Assembly: GCA_964016885.1 (NCBI GenBank)
Contig: OZ024741.1
Coordinates: forward strand, 255,130,001 to 255,194,000
Direction: 5' to 3'
Length of the DNA: 64,000 bases
Source: Eledone cirrhosa
Taxonomy: Eukaryota
Part shown: positions 13,722-26,839 of the stretch, piece after piece
Numbering within the stretch: position 1 is the stretch's first letter
Layout: each line of letters begins with the position of its first letter
The notes under the pieces: model-generated
What the model was told of the DNA's origin: nothing
The model's input: the letters and a program-made list of their open reading frames with translations, nothing else
The model's database searches: none
Position numbers and translations under genes: made by a program

Positions 13722-16700
13722 TTACTGTGTCAGTGCCAGTGTTGTTGTAGTTGTTGCTGTTTTCTCTGTCAGTGCCAGTGTTGTTGTAGTTGTTGCTGTT
13801 TTCTCTGTCAGTGCCAGTGTTGTTGTAGTTGTTGCTGTTTTCTGTGTCAGTGCCAGTGTTGTTGTTGTTGCTGTTTTCTCTGTCAGTGCCAGTGTTGTTG
13901 TAGTTGTTGCTGTTTTCTCTGTCAGTGCCAGTGTTGTTATAGTTGTTGCTGTTTTCTGTGTCAGTGCCAGTGTTGTTGTAGTTGTTGCTGTTTTCTCTGT
14001 CAGAGCCAGTGTTGTTGTAGTTGTTGCTGTTTTCTGTGTCAGTGCCAGTGTTGTTGCTGTTGCTGTTTTCTCTGTCAGTGCCAGTGTTGTTGTAGTTGTT
14101 GCTGCTTTCTCTGTCAGTGCCAGTGTTGTTGTAGTTGTTGCTGTTTTCTGTGTCAGTGCCAGTGTTGTTGTTGTTGCTGTTTTCTCTGTCAATGCCAGTG
14201 TTGTTGTAGTTGTTGCTGTTTTCTGTGTCAGTGCCACTGTTGTTGTTGCTGTTTTCTGTGTCAGTGCCAGTGTTGTTGTTGTTGCTGTTTTCTCTGTCAG
14301 TGCCAGTGTTGTTGTTGCTGTTTTCTCTGTCAGTGCCAGTGTTGTTGTTGCTGTTTTCTGTGTCAGTGCCATTGTTATTGCTGTTGTTGCTGTTTTCTGT
14401 GTCAGTGCCAGTGTTGTTGTAGTTGTTGCTGTTTTCTGTGTCAGTGCCAGTGTTGTTGTAGTTGTTGCTGTTTTCTGTGTCAGTGCCAGTGTTGTTGTAG
14501 TTTTGCTGTTTTCTCTGTCAGTGCCAGTGTTGTTGTAGTTGTTGCTGTTTTCTCTGTCAGTGCCAGTGTTGTTGTAGTTGTTGCTGTTTTCTGTGTCAGT
14601 GCCAGTGTTGTTGTAGTTGTTGCTGTTTTCTGTGTCAGTGCCAGTGTTGTTGTAGTTGTTGCTGTTTTCTCTGTCAGTGCCAGTGTTGTTGTAGTTGTTG
14701 CTGTTTTCTCTGTCAGTGCCAGTGTTGTTGTAGTTGTTGCTGTTTTCTGTGTCAGTGCCAGTGTTGTTGTTGCTGTTTTCTCTGTCAGTGCCAGTGTTGT
14801 TGTAGTTGTTGCTGTTTTCTCTGACAGTGCCAGTGTTGTTGTAGTTGTTGCTGTTTTCTGTGTCAGTGCCAGTGTTGTTGTAGTTGTTGCTGTTTTCTCT
14901 GTCAGTGCCAGTGTTGTTGATGTTGTTGCTGTTTTGTCTGTCAGTGCCAGTGTTGTAGTTGTTGCTGTTTTCTCTGTCAGTGCCAGTGTTGTTGTCGTTG
15001 TTGCTGTTTTCTGTGTCAGTGCCAGTGTTGTTGTTGTTGCTGTTTTCTGTGTCAGTGCCAGTGTTGTTGTTGTTGCTATTTTCACTGTCAGTGCCAGTGT
15101 TGTTGCTGTTGCTGTTTTCTCTGTCAGTGCCACTGATGTTGTAGTTGTTGCTGTTTTCTGTGTCAGTGCCAGTGTTGTTGCTGTTGCTGTTTTCTCTGTC
15201 AGTGCCAGTGTTGTTGTAGTTGTTGCTGCTTTCTCTGTCAGTGCCAGTGTTGTTGTAGTTGTTTCTGTTTTCTGTGTCAGTGCCAGTGTTGTTGTTGTTG
15301 CTGTTTTCTCTGTCAGTGCCAGTGTTGTTGTAGTTGTTGCTGTTTTCTGTGTCAGTGCCACTGTTGTTGTTGCTGTTTTCTGTGTATGTGCCAGTGTTGT
15401 TGTTGCTGTTTTCTCTGTCAGTGCCAGTGTTGTTGCTGTTTTCTCTGTCAGTGCCAGTGTTGTTGTAGTTGTTGCCGTTTTCTCTGTCAGTGCCAGTGTT
15501 GTTGTAGTTGTTGCTGTTTTCTGTGTCAGTGCCAGTGTTTTTGTTGTTGCTGTTTTCTCTGTCAGTGCCAGTGTTGTTATAGTTGTTGCTGTTTTCTCTG
15601 TCAGTGCCAGTGTTGTTGTAATTGTTGCTGTTTTCTGTGTCAGTGCCAGTGTTGTTGCTGTTGTTGCTGTTTTCTGTGTCAGTGCCAGTGTTGTTGTTGT
15701 TGCTGTTTTCTGTGTCAGTACCAGTGTTGTTGTTGTTGCTGTTTTCTCTGTCAATGCCAGTGTTGTTGTAGTTGTTGCTGTTTTCTCTGTCAGTGCCAGT
15801 GTTGTTGTAGTTGTTGCTGTTTTCTGTGTCAGTGCCAGTGTTGTTGTAGTTGTTGCTGTTTTCTATGTCAGTGCCAGTGTTGTTGTTGTTGCTGCTGTTT
15901 TCTCTGTCAGTGCCAGTGTTGTAGTTGTTGCTGTTTTTTCTGTCAGTGCCAGTGTTGTTGTAGTTGTTGCTGTTTTCTGTGTCAGTGCCAGTGTTGTTGT
16001 TGTTGCTGTTTTCTGTGTCAGTTAGAGTGTTGTTGTTGTTGCTATTTTCACTGTCAGTGCCAGTGTTGTTGCTGTTGTTGTTTTCTCTGTCAGTGCCAGT
16101 GATGTTGTAGTTGTTGCTGCTTTCTGTGTTAGTGCCAGTGTTGTTGTAGTTGTTGCTGTTTTCTGTGTCAGTGCCAGTGTTGTTGTTGTTGCTGTTTTCT
16201 GTGTCAGTGCCAGTGTTGTTGTTGCTATTTTCACTGTCAGTGCCAGTGTTGTTGTAGTTGTTGCTGTTTTCTGTGTCAGTGCCAGTGTTGTTGTTGTTGC
16301 TGTTTTCTCTGTCAGTGCCAGTGTTGTTGTAGCTGTTGCTGTTTTCTGTGTCAGTGCCAGTGTTGTTGTAGTTGTTGCTGTTTACTGTGTCAGTGCCAGT
16401 GTTGTTGTAGTTGTTGCTGTTTTCTCTGTCAGTGCCAGTGTTGTTGTAGTTGTTGCTGTTTTCTCTGTCAGTGCCAGTGTTGTTGTAGTTGTTGCTGTTT
16501 TCTGTGTCAGTGCCAGTGTTGTTGTTGTTGCTGTTTTCTCTGTCAGTGCCAGTGCTGTTGTAGTTGTTGCTGTTTTCTCTGTCAGTGCCAGTGTTGTTGT
16601 AGTTGTTGCTGTTTTTTGTGTCAGTGCCAGTGTTGTTGTAGTTGTTGCTGTTTTCTCTGTCAGTGCCAGTGTTGTTGTTGTTGTTGCTGTTTTCTCTGTC

Positions 16701-19700
16701 AGTGCCAGTGTTGTAGTTGTTGCTGTTTTCTCTGTCAGTGCCAGTGTTGTTGTAGTTGTTGCTGTTTTCTGTGTCAGTGCCAGTGTTGTTGTTGCTGTTT
16801 TCTGTGTCAGTGCCAGTGTTGTTGTTGTTGCTATTTTCACTGTCAGTGCCAGTGTTGTTGCTGTTGCTGTTTTCTCTGTCAGTGCCAGTGATGTTGTAGT
16901 TGTTGCTGTTTTCTGTGTTAGTGCCAGTGTTGTAGTTGTTGCTGTTTTCTGTGTCAGTGCCAGTGTTGTTGCTGTTGCTGTTTTCTCTGTCAGTGCCAGT
17001 GTTGTTGTAGTTGTTGCTGCTTTCTCTGTCAGTGCCAGTGTTGTTGTAGTTGTTGCTGTTTTCTGTGTCAGTGCCAGTGTTGTTGTTGTTGCTGTTTTCT
17101 CTGTCAGTGCCAGTGTTGTTGTAGTTGTTGCTGTTTTCTGTGTCAGTGCCACTGTTGTTGTTGCTGTTTTCTCTGTCAGTGCCAGTGTTGTTGTAGTTTT
17201 TGCTGTTTTCTGTGTCAGTGCCAGTGTTGTTGTTGCTGTTTTCTGTGTCAGTGCCAGTGTTGTTGTTGTTGCTGTTTTCTCTGTCAGTGCCAGTGTTGTT
17301 GCTGTTACTATTTTCACTGTCACTGCCAGTGTTGTTGTTGTTGCTGTTTTCTGTGTGAGTGCCAGTGTTGTTGTTGTTGCTGTTTTCTTTGTCAGTGCCA
17401 GTGTTGTCGTTGTTACTGTTGCTGTTTTCTGTGTCAGTTCCAGTGTTGCTGTTGCTGTTTTCTGTGCCAGTGCCAGTGTTATTGTTGCTGTTGTTGCTGT
17501 TTTCTGTGTCAGTGCCAGTGTTGTTGTTGCTATTTTCTGTGTCAGTGCCAGTGTTGTTGTTGCTGTTGTTGCTGTTTTCTGTGCCAGTGTTGTTGTAGTT
17601 GTTGCTGTTTTCTGTGTCAGTGCCGGTGTTGTTGTTGTTGCTGTTTTCTCTGTCAGTGCCAGTGTTGTTGTTGTTGCTGTTTTCTCTGTCAGTGCCAGTG
17701 TTGTTGTTGTTGCTGTTTTCTGTGTCAGTGCCAGTGTTGTTGTAGTTGTTGCTGTTTTCTGTGTCAGTGCCAGTGTTGTTGTAGTTGTTGCTGTTTTCCA
17801 GTGTTGTTGTAGTTGTTGCTGTTTTCTCTGTCAGTGCCAGTGTTGTTGTAGTTGTTGATGTTTTCTGTGTCAATGCCAGTGTTGTTGTTGTTGCTGTTTT
17901 CTCTGTCAGTGCCAGTGTTGTAGTTGTTGCTGTTTTCTCTGTCAGTGCCAGTGTTGTTGTAGTTGTTGCTGTTTTCTGTGTCAGTGCCAGTGTTGTTGCT
18001 GTTTTCTGTGTCAATGCCAGTGTTGTTGTTGTTGCTGTTTTCTCTGTCAGTGCCAGTGTTGTTGTTGTTGCTGTTTTCTCTGTCAGTGCCAGTGTTTTTG
18101 TTGTTGCTGTTTTCTGTGTCAGTGCCAGTGTTGTTCTAGTTGTTGCTGTTTTCTGTGTCAGTGCCAGTGTTGTTGTAGTTGTTGCTGTTTTCTCTGTCAG
18201 TGCCAGTGTTGTTGTAGTTGTTGCTGTTTTCTCTGTCAGTGCCAGTGTTGTTGTTGCTGTTTTCTCTGTCAGTGCCAGTGTTGTTGTTGCTGTTTTCTGT
18301 GTCAGTGCCATTGTTATTGCTGTTGTTGCTGTTTTCTCTGTCAGTGCCAGTGTTGTTGTTGCTGTTGTTGCTGTGGCTCTTTTCTCTGTCAGTGCCAGTG
18401 TTGTTGTAGTTGTTGCTGTTTTCTCTGTCAGTGCCATTGTTGTAGTTGTTGCTGTTTTCTGTGTCAGTGCCAGTGTTGTTGTTGTTGCTGTTTTCTCTGT
18501 CAGTGCCAGTGTTGTTGTAGTTGTTGCTGTTTTCTCTGTCAGTGCCAGTGTTGTTGTAGTTGTTGCTGTTTTCTCTGTCAGTGCCAGTGTTGTTGTAGTT
18601 GTTGCTGTTTTCTGTGTCAGTGCCGGTGTTGTTGTTGTTGCTGTTTTCTCTGTCAGTGCCAGTGTTGTTGTTGTTGCTGTTTTCTCTGTCAGTGCCAGTG
18701 TTGTTGTTGTTGCTGTTTTCTGTGTCAGTGCCAGTGTTGTTGTTGTTGCTGTTTTCTGTGTCAGTGCCAGTGTTGTTGTAGTTGTTGCTGTTTTCTCTGT
18801 GAGTGCCAGTGTTGTTGTAGTTGTTGCTGTTTTCTGTGTCAGTTCCAGTGTTGTTGTAGTTGTTGCTGTTTTCTCTGTCAGTGCCAGTGTTGTTGTAGTT
18901 GTTGCTGTTTTCTGTGTCAGTGCCAGTGTTGTTGTTGCTGTTTTCTCCGTCAGTGCCAGTGTTGTTGTAGTTGTTGCTGTTTTCTCTGTCAGTGCCAGTT
19001 TTGTTGTAGTTGTTGCTGTTTTCTGTGTCAGTGCCAGTGTTGTTGTAGTTGTTGCTGTTTTCTTTGTCAGTGCCAGTGTTGTTGTTGTTGCTGTTTTCTC
19101 TGTCAGTGCCAGTGTTGTAGTTGTTGCTGTTTTCTCTGTCAGTGCCAGTGTTGTTGTTGTTGTTGCTGTTTTCTCTGTCAGTGCCAGTGTTGTTGTTGTT
19201 GCTATTTTCACTGTCAGTGCCAGTGTTGTTGTTGTTGCTATTTTCACTGTCAGTGCCAGTGTTGTTGTTGTTACTGTTGCTGTTTTCTGTGTCAGTGCCA
19301 GTGTTGTTGTTGTTACTGTTGCTGTTTTCTGTGCCAGTGCCAGTGTTATTGTTGCTGTTGTTGCTGTTTTCTCTGTCAGTGCCAGTGTTGTAGTTGTTGC
19401 TGTTTTCTCTGTCAGTGCCAGTGTTGTTGTAGTTGTTGCTGTTTTCTGTGTCAGTGCCAGTGTTGTTGTTGTTGCTGTTTTCTCAGTCAGTGCCAGTGTT
19501 GTTGTAGTTGTTGCTGTTTTCTCTGTCAGTGCCAGTGTTGTTGTAGTTGTTGCTGTTTTCTGTGTCAGTGCCAGTGATGTTGTAGTTGTTGCTGTTTTCT
19601 GTGTTAGTGCCAGTGTTGTAGTTGTTGCTGTTTTCTGTGTCAGTGCCAGTGTTGTTGCTGTTGCTGTTTTCTCTGTCAGTACCAGTGTTGTTGTAGTTGT

Positions 19701-22700
19701 TGCTGCTTTCTCTGTCAGTGCCAGTGTTGTTGTAGTTGTTGCTGTTTTCTGTGTCAGTGCCAGTGTTGTTGTTGTTGCTGTTTTCTCTGTCAGTGCCAGT
19801 GTTGTTGTAGTTGTTGCTGTTTTCTGTGTCAGTGCCACTGTTGTTGTTGCTGTTTTCTCTGTCAGTGCCAGTGTTGTTGTAATTTTTGCTGTTTTCTGTG
19901 TCAGTGCCAGTGTTGTTGTTGCTGTTTTCTGTGTCAGTGCCAGTGTTGTTGTTGTTGCTGTTTTCTCTGTCAGTGCCAGTGTTGTTGCTGTTACTATTTT
20001 CACTGTCACTGCCAGTGTTGTTGTTGTTGCTGTTTTCTGTGTGAGTGCCAGTGTTGTTGTTGTTGCTGTTTTCTTTGTCAGTGCCAGTGTTGTCGTTGTT
20101 ACTGTTGCTGTTTTCTGTGTCAGTTCCAGTGTTGCTGTTGCTGTTTTCTGTGCCAGTGCCAGTGTTATTGTTGCTGTTGTTGCTGTTTTCTGTGTCAGTG
20201 CCAGTGTTGTTGTTGCTATTTTCTGTGTCAGTGCCAGTGTTGTTGTTGCTGTTGTTGCTGTTTTCTGTGCCAGTGTTGTTGTAGTTGTTGCTGTTTTCTG
20301 TGTCAGTGCCGGTGTTGTTGTTGTTGCTGTTTTCTCTGTCAGTGCCAGTGTTGTTGTTGTTGCTGTTTTCTCTGTCAGTGCCAGTGTTGTTGTTGTTGCT
20401 GTTTTCTCTGTCAGTGCCAGTGTTGTTGTTGTTGCTGTTTTCTGTGTCAGTGCCAGTGTTGTTGTTGTTGCTGTTTTCTGTGTCAGTGCCAGTGTTGTTG
20501 TAGTTGTTGCTGTTTTCTCTGTGAGTGCCAGTGTTGTTGTAGTTGTTGCTGTTTTCTGTGTCAGTTCCAGTGTTGTTGTAGTTGTTGCTGTTTTCTCTGT
20601 CAGTGCCAGTGTTGTTGTAGTTGTTGCTGTTTTCTGTGTCAGTGCCAGTGTTGTTGTTGCTGTTTTCTCCGTCAGTGCCAGTGTTGTTGTAGTTGTTGCT
20701 GTTTTCTCTGTCAGTGCCAGTTTTGTTGTAGTTGTTGCTGTTTTCTGTGTCAGTGCCAGTGTTGTTGTAGTTGTTGCTGTTTTCTTTGTCAGTGCCAGTG
20801 TTGTTGTTGTTGCTGTTTTCTCTGTCAGTGCCAGTGTTGTAGTTGTTGCTGTTTTCTCTGTCAGTGCCAGTGTTGTTGTTGTTGTTGCTGTTTTCTCTGT
20901 CAGTGCCAGTGTTGTTGTTGTTGCTATTTTCACTGTCAGTGCCAGTGTTGTTGTTGTTGCTATTTTCACTGTCAGTGCCAGTGTTGTTGTTGTTACTGTT
21001 GCTGTTTTCTGTGTCAGTGCCAGTGTTGTTGTTGTTACTGTTGCTGTTTTCTGTGCCAGTGCCAGTGTTATTGTTGCTGTTGTTGCTGTTTTCTCTGTCA
21101 GTGCCAGTGTTGTAGTTGTTGCTGTTTTCTCTGTCAGTGCCAGTGTTGTTGTAGTTGTTGCTGTTTTCTGTGTCAGTGCCAGTGTTGTTGTTGTTGCTGT
21201 TTTCTCAGTCAGTGCCAGTGTTGTTGTAGTTGTTGCTGTTTTCTCTGTCAGTGCCAGTGTTGTTGTAGTTGTTGCTGTTTTCTGTGTCAGTGCCAGTGTT
21301 GTTGTAGTTGTTGCTGTTTTCTCTGTCACTGCCAGTGTTGTTGTTGTTGTTGCTGTTTTCTCTGTCAGTGCCAGTGTTGTAGTTGTTGCTGTTTTCTCTG
21401 TCAGTGCCAGTGTTGTTGTAGTTGTTGCTGTTTTCTGTGTCAGTGCCAGTGTTGTTGCTGTTGCTGTTTTCTCTGTCAGTGCCAGTGTTGTTGTTGTTAC
21501 TGTTGCTGTTTTCTGTGCCAGTGCCAGTGTTATTGTTGCTGTTGTTGCTGTTTTGTCTGGCAGTGCCAGTGTTGTAGTTGTTGCTGTTTTCTCTGTCAGT
21601 GCCAGTGTTGTTGTAGTTGTTGCTGTTTTCTGTGTCAGTGCCAGTGTTGTTGTTGTTGCTGTTTTCTCAGTCAGTGCCAGTGTTGTTGTAGTTGTTGCTG
21701 TTTTCTCTGTCAGTGCCAGTGTTGTTGTAGTTGTTGCTGTTTTCTGTGTCAGTGCCAGTGTTGTTGTAGTTGTTGCTGTTTTCTCTGTGAGTGCCAGTGT
21801 TGTTGTTGTTGTTGCTGTTTTCTCTGTCAGTGCCAGTGTTGTAGTTGTTGCTGTTTTCTCTGTCAGTGCCAGTGTTGTTGTAGTTGTTGCTGTTTTCTGT
21901 GTCAGTGCCAGTGTTGTTGCTGTTGCTGTTTTCTCTGTCAGTGCCAGTGTTGTTGTAGTTGTTGCTGCTTTCTCTGTCAGTGCCAGTGTTGTTGTAGTTG
22001 TTGCTGTTTTCTGTGTCAGTGCCAGTGTTGTTGTTGTTGCTGTTTTCTCTGTCAATGCCAGTGTTGTTGTAGTTGTTGCTGTTTTTTGTGTCAGTGCCAC
22101 TGTTGTTGTTGCTGTTTTCTGTGTCAGTGCCAGTGTTGTTGTTGTTGCTGTTTTCTCTGTCAGTGCCAGTGTTGTTGTTGCTGTTTTCTCTGTCAGTGCC
22201 AGTGTTGTTGTTGATGCTGTTTTCTGTGTCAGTGCCATTGTTATTGCTGTTGTTGCTGTTTTCTGTGTCAGTGCCAGTGTTGTTGTTGCTGTTGTTTCTG
22301 TTTTCTGTGTCAGTGCCAGTGTTGTTGCTGTTGCTGTTTTCTCTGTCAGTGCCAGTGTTGTTGTAGTTGTTGCTGTTTTCTCTGTCAGTGCCAGTGTTGT
22401 AGTTGTTGCTGTTTTCTGTGTCAGTGCCAGTGTTGTTGTTGTTGCTATTTTCACTGTCAGTGCCAGTGTTGTTGTTGTTGCTGTTTTCTGTGTCAGTGCC
22501 AGTGTTGTTGTTGTTGCTGTTTTCTTTGTCAGTGCCAGTGTTGTTGTTGTTACTGTTGCTGTTTTCTGTGTCAGTGCCAGTGTTGCTGTTGCTGTTTTCT
22601 GTGCCAGTGCCAGTGTTATTGTTGCTGTTGTTGCTGTTTTCTGTGTCAGTGCCACGGTTGTTGTTGCTGTAGTTGCTGTTTTCTGTGTCAGTGCCAGTGT

Positions 22701-25622
22701 TGTTGTTGCTGTTTTCTGTGTCAGTGCCAGTGTTGTTGTTGCTGTTGTTGCTGTTTTCCGTGCCAGTGTTGTTGTAGTTGTTGCTGTTTTCTGTGTCAGT
22801 GCTGGTGTTGTTGTTGTTGCTGTTTTCTCTGTCAGTGCCAGTGTTGTTGTTGTTGCTCTTTTCTGTGTCAGTGCCAGTGTTGTTGTAGTTGTTGCTGTTT
22901 TCTGTGTCAGTGCCAGTGTTGTAGTTGTTGCTGTTTTCTGTGTCAGTGCCAGTGTTGTTGTAGTTGTTGCTGTTTTCTCTGTCAGTGCCAGTGTTGTTGT
23001 AGTTGTTGCTGTTTTCTCTGTCAGTGCCAGTATTGTTGTAGTTGTTGCTGTTTTCTCTGTCAGTGCCAGTGTTGTTGTAGTTGTTGCTGTTTTCTGTGTC
23101 AGTGCCAGTGTTGTTGTTGTTGCTGTTTTCTGTGTCAGTGCCAGTGTTGTTGTTGTTGCTATTTTCACTGTCAGTGCCAGTGTTGTTGCTGTTGCTGTTT
23201 TCTCTGTCAGTGCCAGTGATGTTGTAGTTGTTGCTGTTTTCTGTGTTAGTGCCAGTGTTGTTGTAGTTGTTGCTGTTTTCTGTGTCAGTGCCAGTGTTGT
23301 TGCTGTTGCTGTTTTCTCTGTCAGTGCCAGTGTTGTTGTAGTTGTTGCTGCTTTCTCTGTCAGTGCCAGTGTTGTTGTAGTTGTTGCTGTTTTCTGTGTC
23401 AGTGCCAGTGTTGTTGTTGTTGCTGTTTTCTCTGTCAGTGCCAGTGTTGTTGTAGTTGTTGCTGTTTTCTGTGTCAGTGCCACTGTTGTTGTTGATGTTT
23501 TCTCTGTCAGTGCCAGTGTTGTTGTAGTTTTTGCTGTTTTCTGTGTCAGTGCCAGTGTTGTTGTTGCTGTTTTCTGTGTCAGTGCCAGTGTTGTTGTTGT
23601 TGCTGTTTTCTCTGTCAGTGCCAGTGTTGTTGCTGTTGCTATTTTCACTGTCAGTGCCAGTGTTGTTGTTGTTGCTGTTTTCTGTGTCAGTGCCAGTGTT
23701 GTTGTAGTTGTTGCTGTTTTCTCTGTCAGTGCCAGTGTTGTTGTAGTTGTTACTGTTTTCTCTGTCAGTGCCAGTGTTGTTGTAGTTGTTGCTGTTTTCT
23801 GTGTCAGTGCCAGTGTTGTTGTTGTTGCTGTTTTCTCTGTCAGTGCCAGTGTTGTTGTAGTTATTGCTGTTTTCTGTGTCAGTGCCACTGTTGTTGTTGC
23901 TGTTTTCTGTGTCAGTGCCAGTGTTGTTGTTGTTGCTGTTTTCTCTGTCAGTGCCAGTGTTGTTGTTGCTGTTTTCTCTGTCAGTGCCAGTGTTGTTGTA
24001 ATTGTTGCTGTTTTCTGTGTCAGTGCCACTGTTGTTGCTGTTGTTGCTGTTTTCTGTGTCAGTGCCAGTGTTGTTGCTGTTGTTGCTGTTTCCTGTGTCA
24101 GTGCCAGTGTTGTTGTTGTTGCTGTTTTCTGTGTCAGTGCCAGTGTTGTTGTTGCTATTTTCACTGTCAGTGCCAGTGTTGTTGTAGTTGTTGCTGTTTT
24201 CTGTGTCAGTGCCAGTGTTGTTGTTGTTGCTGTTTTCTCTGTCAGTGCCAGTGTTGTTGTAGCTGTTGCTGTTTTCTGTGTCAGTGCCAGTGTTGTTGTA
24301 GTTGTTGATGTTTTCTGTGTCAGTGCCAGTGTTGTTGTTGTTGCTGTTTTCTCTGTCAGTGCCAGTGTTGTTGTAGTTGTTGCTGTTTTCTCTGTCAGTG
24401 CCAGTGTTGTTGTAGTTGTTGCTGTTTTTTGTGTCAGTGCCAGTGTTGTTGTAGTTGTTGCTGTTTTCTCTGTCAGTGCCAGTGTTGTTGTTGTTGTTGC
24501 TGTTTTCTCTGTCAGTGCCAGTGTTGTAGTTGTTGCTGTTTTCTCTGTCAGTGCCAGTGTTGTTGTAGTTGTTGCTGTTTTCTGTGTCAGTGCCAGTGTT
24601 GTTGTTGTTGCTGTTTTCTGTGTCAGTGCCAGTGTTGTTGTTGCTATTTTCACTGTCAGTGCCAGTGTTGTTGCTGTTGCTGTTTTCTCTGTCAGTGCCA
24701 GTGTTGTTGTAGTTGTTGCTGTTTTCTCTGTCAGTGCCAGTGTTGTTGTAGTTGTTGCTGTTTTTTGTGTCAGTGCCAGTGTTGTTGTAGTTGTTGCTGT
24801 TTTCTCTGTCAGTGCCAGTGTTGTTGTAGTTGTTGCTGTTTTCTGTGTCAGTGCCAGTGTTGTTGTTGTTGCTGTTTTCTCTGTCAGTGCCAGTGATGTT
24901 GTAGTTGTTGCTGTTTTCTGTGTTAGTGCCACTGTTGTTGTAGTTGTTGCTGTTTTCTGTGTCAGTACCAGTGTTGTTGCTGTTGCTGTTTTCTCTGTCA
25001 GTGCCAGTGTTGTTGTAGTTGTTGCTGCTTTCTCTGACAGTGCCAGTGTTGTAGTTGTTTCTGTTTTCTGTGTCAGTGCCAGTGTTGTTGTTGTTGCTGT
25101 TTTCTCTGTCAGTGCCAGTGTTGTTGTAGTTGTTGCTGTTTTCTGTGTCAGTGCCACTGTTGTTGTTGCTGTTTTCTGTGTCTGTGCCAGTGTTGTTGTT
25201 GCTGTTTTCTCTGTCAGTGCCAGTGTTGTTGTTGCTGTTTTCTGTGTCAGTGCCAGTGTTGTTGTAGTTGTTGCTGTTTTCTGTGTCAGTGCCAGTGTTG
25301 TTGTAGTTGTTGCTGTTTTCTCTGTCAGTGCCAGTGTTGTTGTAGTTGTTGCTGTTTTCTCTGTCAGTGCCAGTGTTGTTGTAGTTGTTGCTGTTTTCTG
25401 TGTCAGTGCCAGTGTTTTTGTTGTTGCTGTTTTCTCTGTCAGTGCCAGTGTTGTTGTAGTTGTTGCTGTTTTCTCTGTCAGTGCCAGTGTTGTTGTAATT
25501 GTTGCTGTTTTCTGTGTCAGTGCCAGTGTTGTTGCTGTTGTTGCTGTTTTCTGTGTCAGTGCCAGTGTTGTTGTTGTTGCTGTTTTCTGTGTCAGTGCCA
25601 GTGTTGTTGTTGCTATTTTCAC
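13722..25622 (-). other. 11.9-kb open frame (3,966 aa; Thr-rich / Asn-rich / Thr-rich repeat), probably a by-product of the satellite
   Basis: Present in the ORF track. Register switches at the 11-bp deletion ~17798 and the 1-bp deletion ~14502. Start and stop are both repeat-internal variants. Confidence refers to it being translated. Confidence 0.08.
16890..21297. repeat. Nested duplications: ~16890-17700 recurs at ~19576-20390 (offset 2,686) and ~18640-19575 recurs at ~20360-21297 (offset 1,722)
   Basis: Identical ORF pairs 17359/20045 and 19121/20843. Shared rare variants GTTACTATTTTCACTGTCACT, TGTGTGAGT, TTCTCCGTC and TTCTCAGTC. Boundaries are approximate. Confidence 0.8.
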
Positions 25623-26839
25623 TGTCAGTGCCAGTGTTGTTGTAGCTGTTGCTGTTTTCTGTGTCAGTGCCAGTGTTGTTGTAGTTGTTGCTGTTTAATG
25701 TGTCAGTGCCAGTGTTGTTGTAGTTGTTGCTGTTTTCTCTGTCAGTGCCAGTGTTGTTGTAGTTGTTGCTGTTTTCTCTGTCAGTGCCAGTGTTGTTGTA
25801 GTTGTTGCTGTTTTCTGTGTCAGTGCCAGTGTTGTTGTTGTTGCTGTTTTCTCTGTCAGTGCCAGTGATGTTGTAGTTGTTGCTGTTTTCTGTGTTAGTG
25901 CCACTGTTGTTGTAGTTGTTGCTGTTTTCTGTGTCAGTACCAGTGTTGTTGCTGTTGCTGTTTTCTCTGTCAGTGCCAGTGTTGTTGTAGTTGTTGCTGC
26001 TTTCTCTGACAGTGCCAGTGTTGTAGTTGTTTCTGTTTTCTGTGTCAGTGCCAGTGTTGTTGTTGTTGCTGTTTTCTCTGTCAGTGCCAGTGTTGTTGTA
26101 GTTGTTGCTGTTTTCTGTGTCAGTGCCACTGTTGTTGTTGCTGTTTTCTGTGTCTGTGCCAGTGTTGTTGTTGCTGTTTTCTCTGTCAGTGCCAGTGTTG
26201 TTGTTGCTGTTTTCTGTGTCAGTGCCAGTGTTGTTGTAGTTGTTGCTGTTTTCTGTGTCAGTGCCAGTGTTGTTGTAGTTGTTGCTGTTTTCTCTGTCAG
26301 TGCCAGTGTTGTTGTAGTTGTTGCTGTTTTCTCTGTCAGTGCCAGTGTTGTTGTAGTTGTTGCTGTTTTCTGTGTCAGTGCCAGTGTTTTTGTTGTTGCT
26401 GTTTTCTCTGTCAGTGCCAGTGTTGTTGTAGTTGTTGCTGTTTTCTCTGTCAGTGCCAGTGTTGTTGTAATTGTTGCTGTTTTCTGTGTCAGTGCCAGTG
26501 TTGTTGCTGTTGTTGCTGTTTTCTGTGTCAGTGCCAGTGTTGTTGTTGTTGCTGTTTTCTGTGTCAGTGCCAGTGTTGTTGTTGCTATTTTCACTGTCAG
26601 TGCCAGTGTTGTTGTAGCTGTTGCTGTTTACTGTGTCAGTGCCAGTGTTGTTGTAGTTGTTGCTGTTTAATGTGTCAGTGCCAGTGTTGTTGTAGTTGTT
26701 GCTGTTTTCTCTGTCAGTGCCAGTGTTGTTGTAGTTGTTGCTGTTTTCTCTGTCAGTGCCAGTGTTGTTGTAGTTGTTGCTGTTTTCTGTGTCAGTGCCA
26801 GTGTTGTTGTTGTTGCTGTTTTCTCTGTCAGTGCCAGTG
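24770..26839. repeat. Higher-order tandem duplication, period 972 bp (~2.1 copies)
   Basis: GTTTAATGT variant at 25696 and 26668; GAT tract at 24895 and 25867; ORF starts at 25622 and 26594. One internal mismatch seen (25658 T vs 26630 A). Confidence 0.88.

Noticed and set aside
745-14538. 4,597-aa Val-rich plus-strand ORF (also 17785-25698, 28914-36173, 47666-60409)
   Set aside because: An almost entirely hydrophobic V/A/S/F/C repeat with essentially no charged residues over thousands of amino acids is implausible as a protein. Starts are repeat-internal GTG/TTG, and it is the exact antisense register of the Asn frame.
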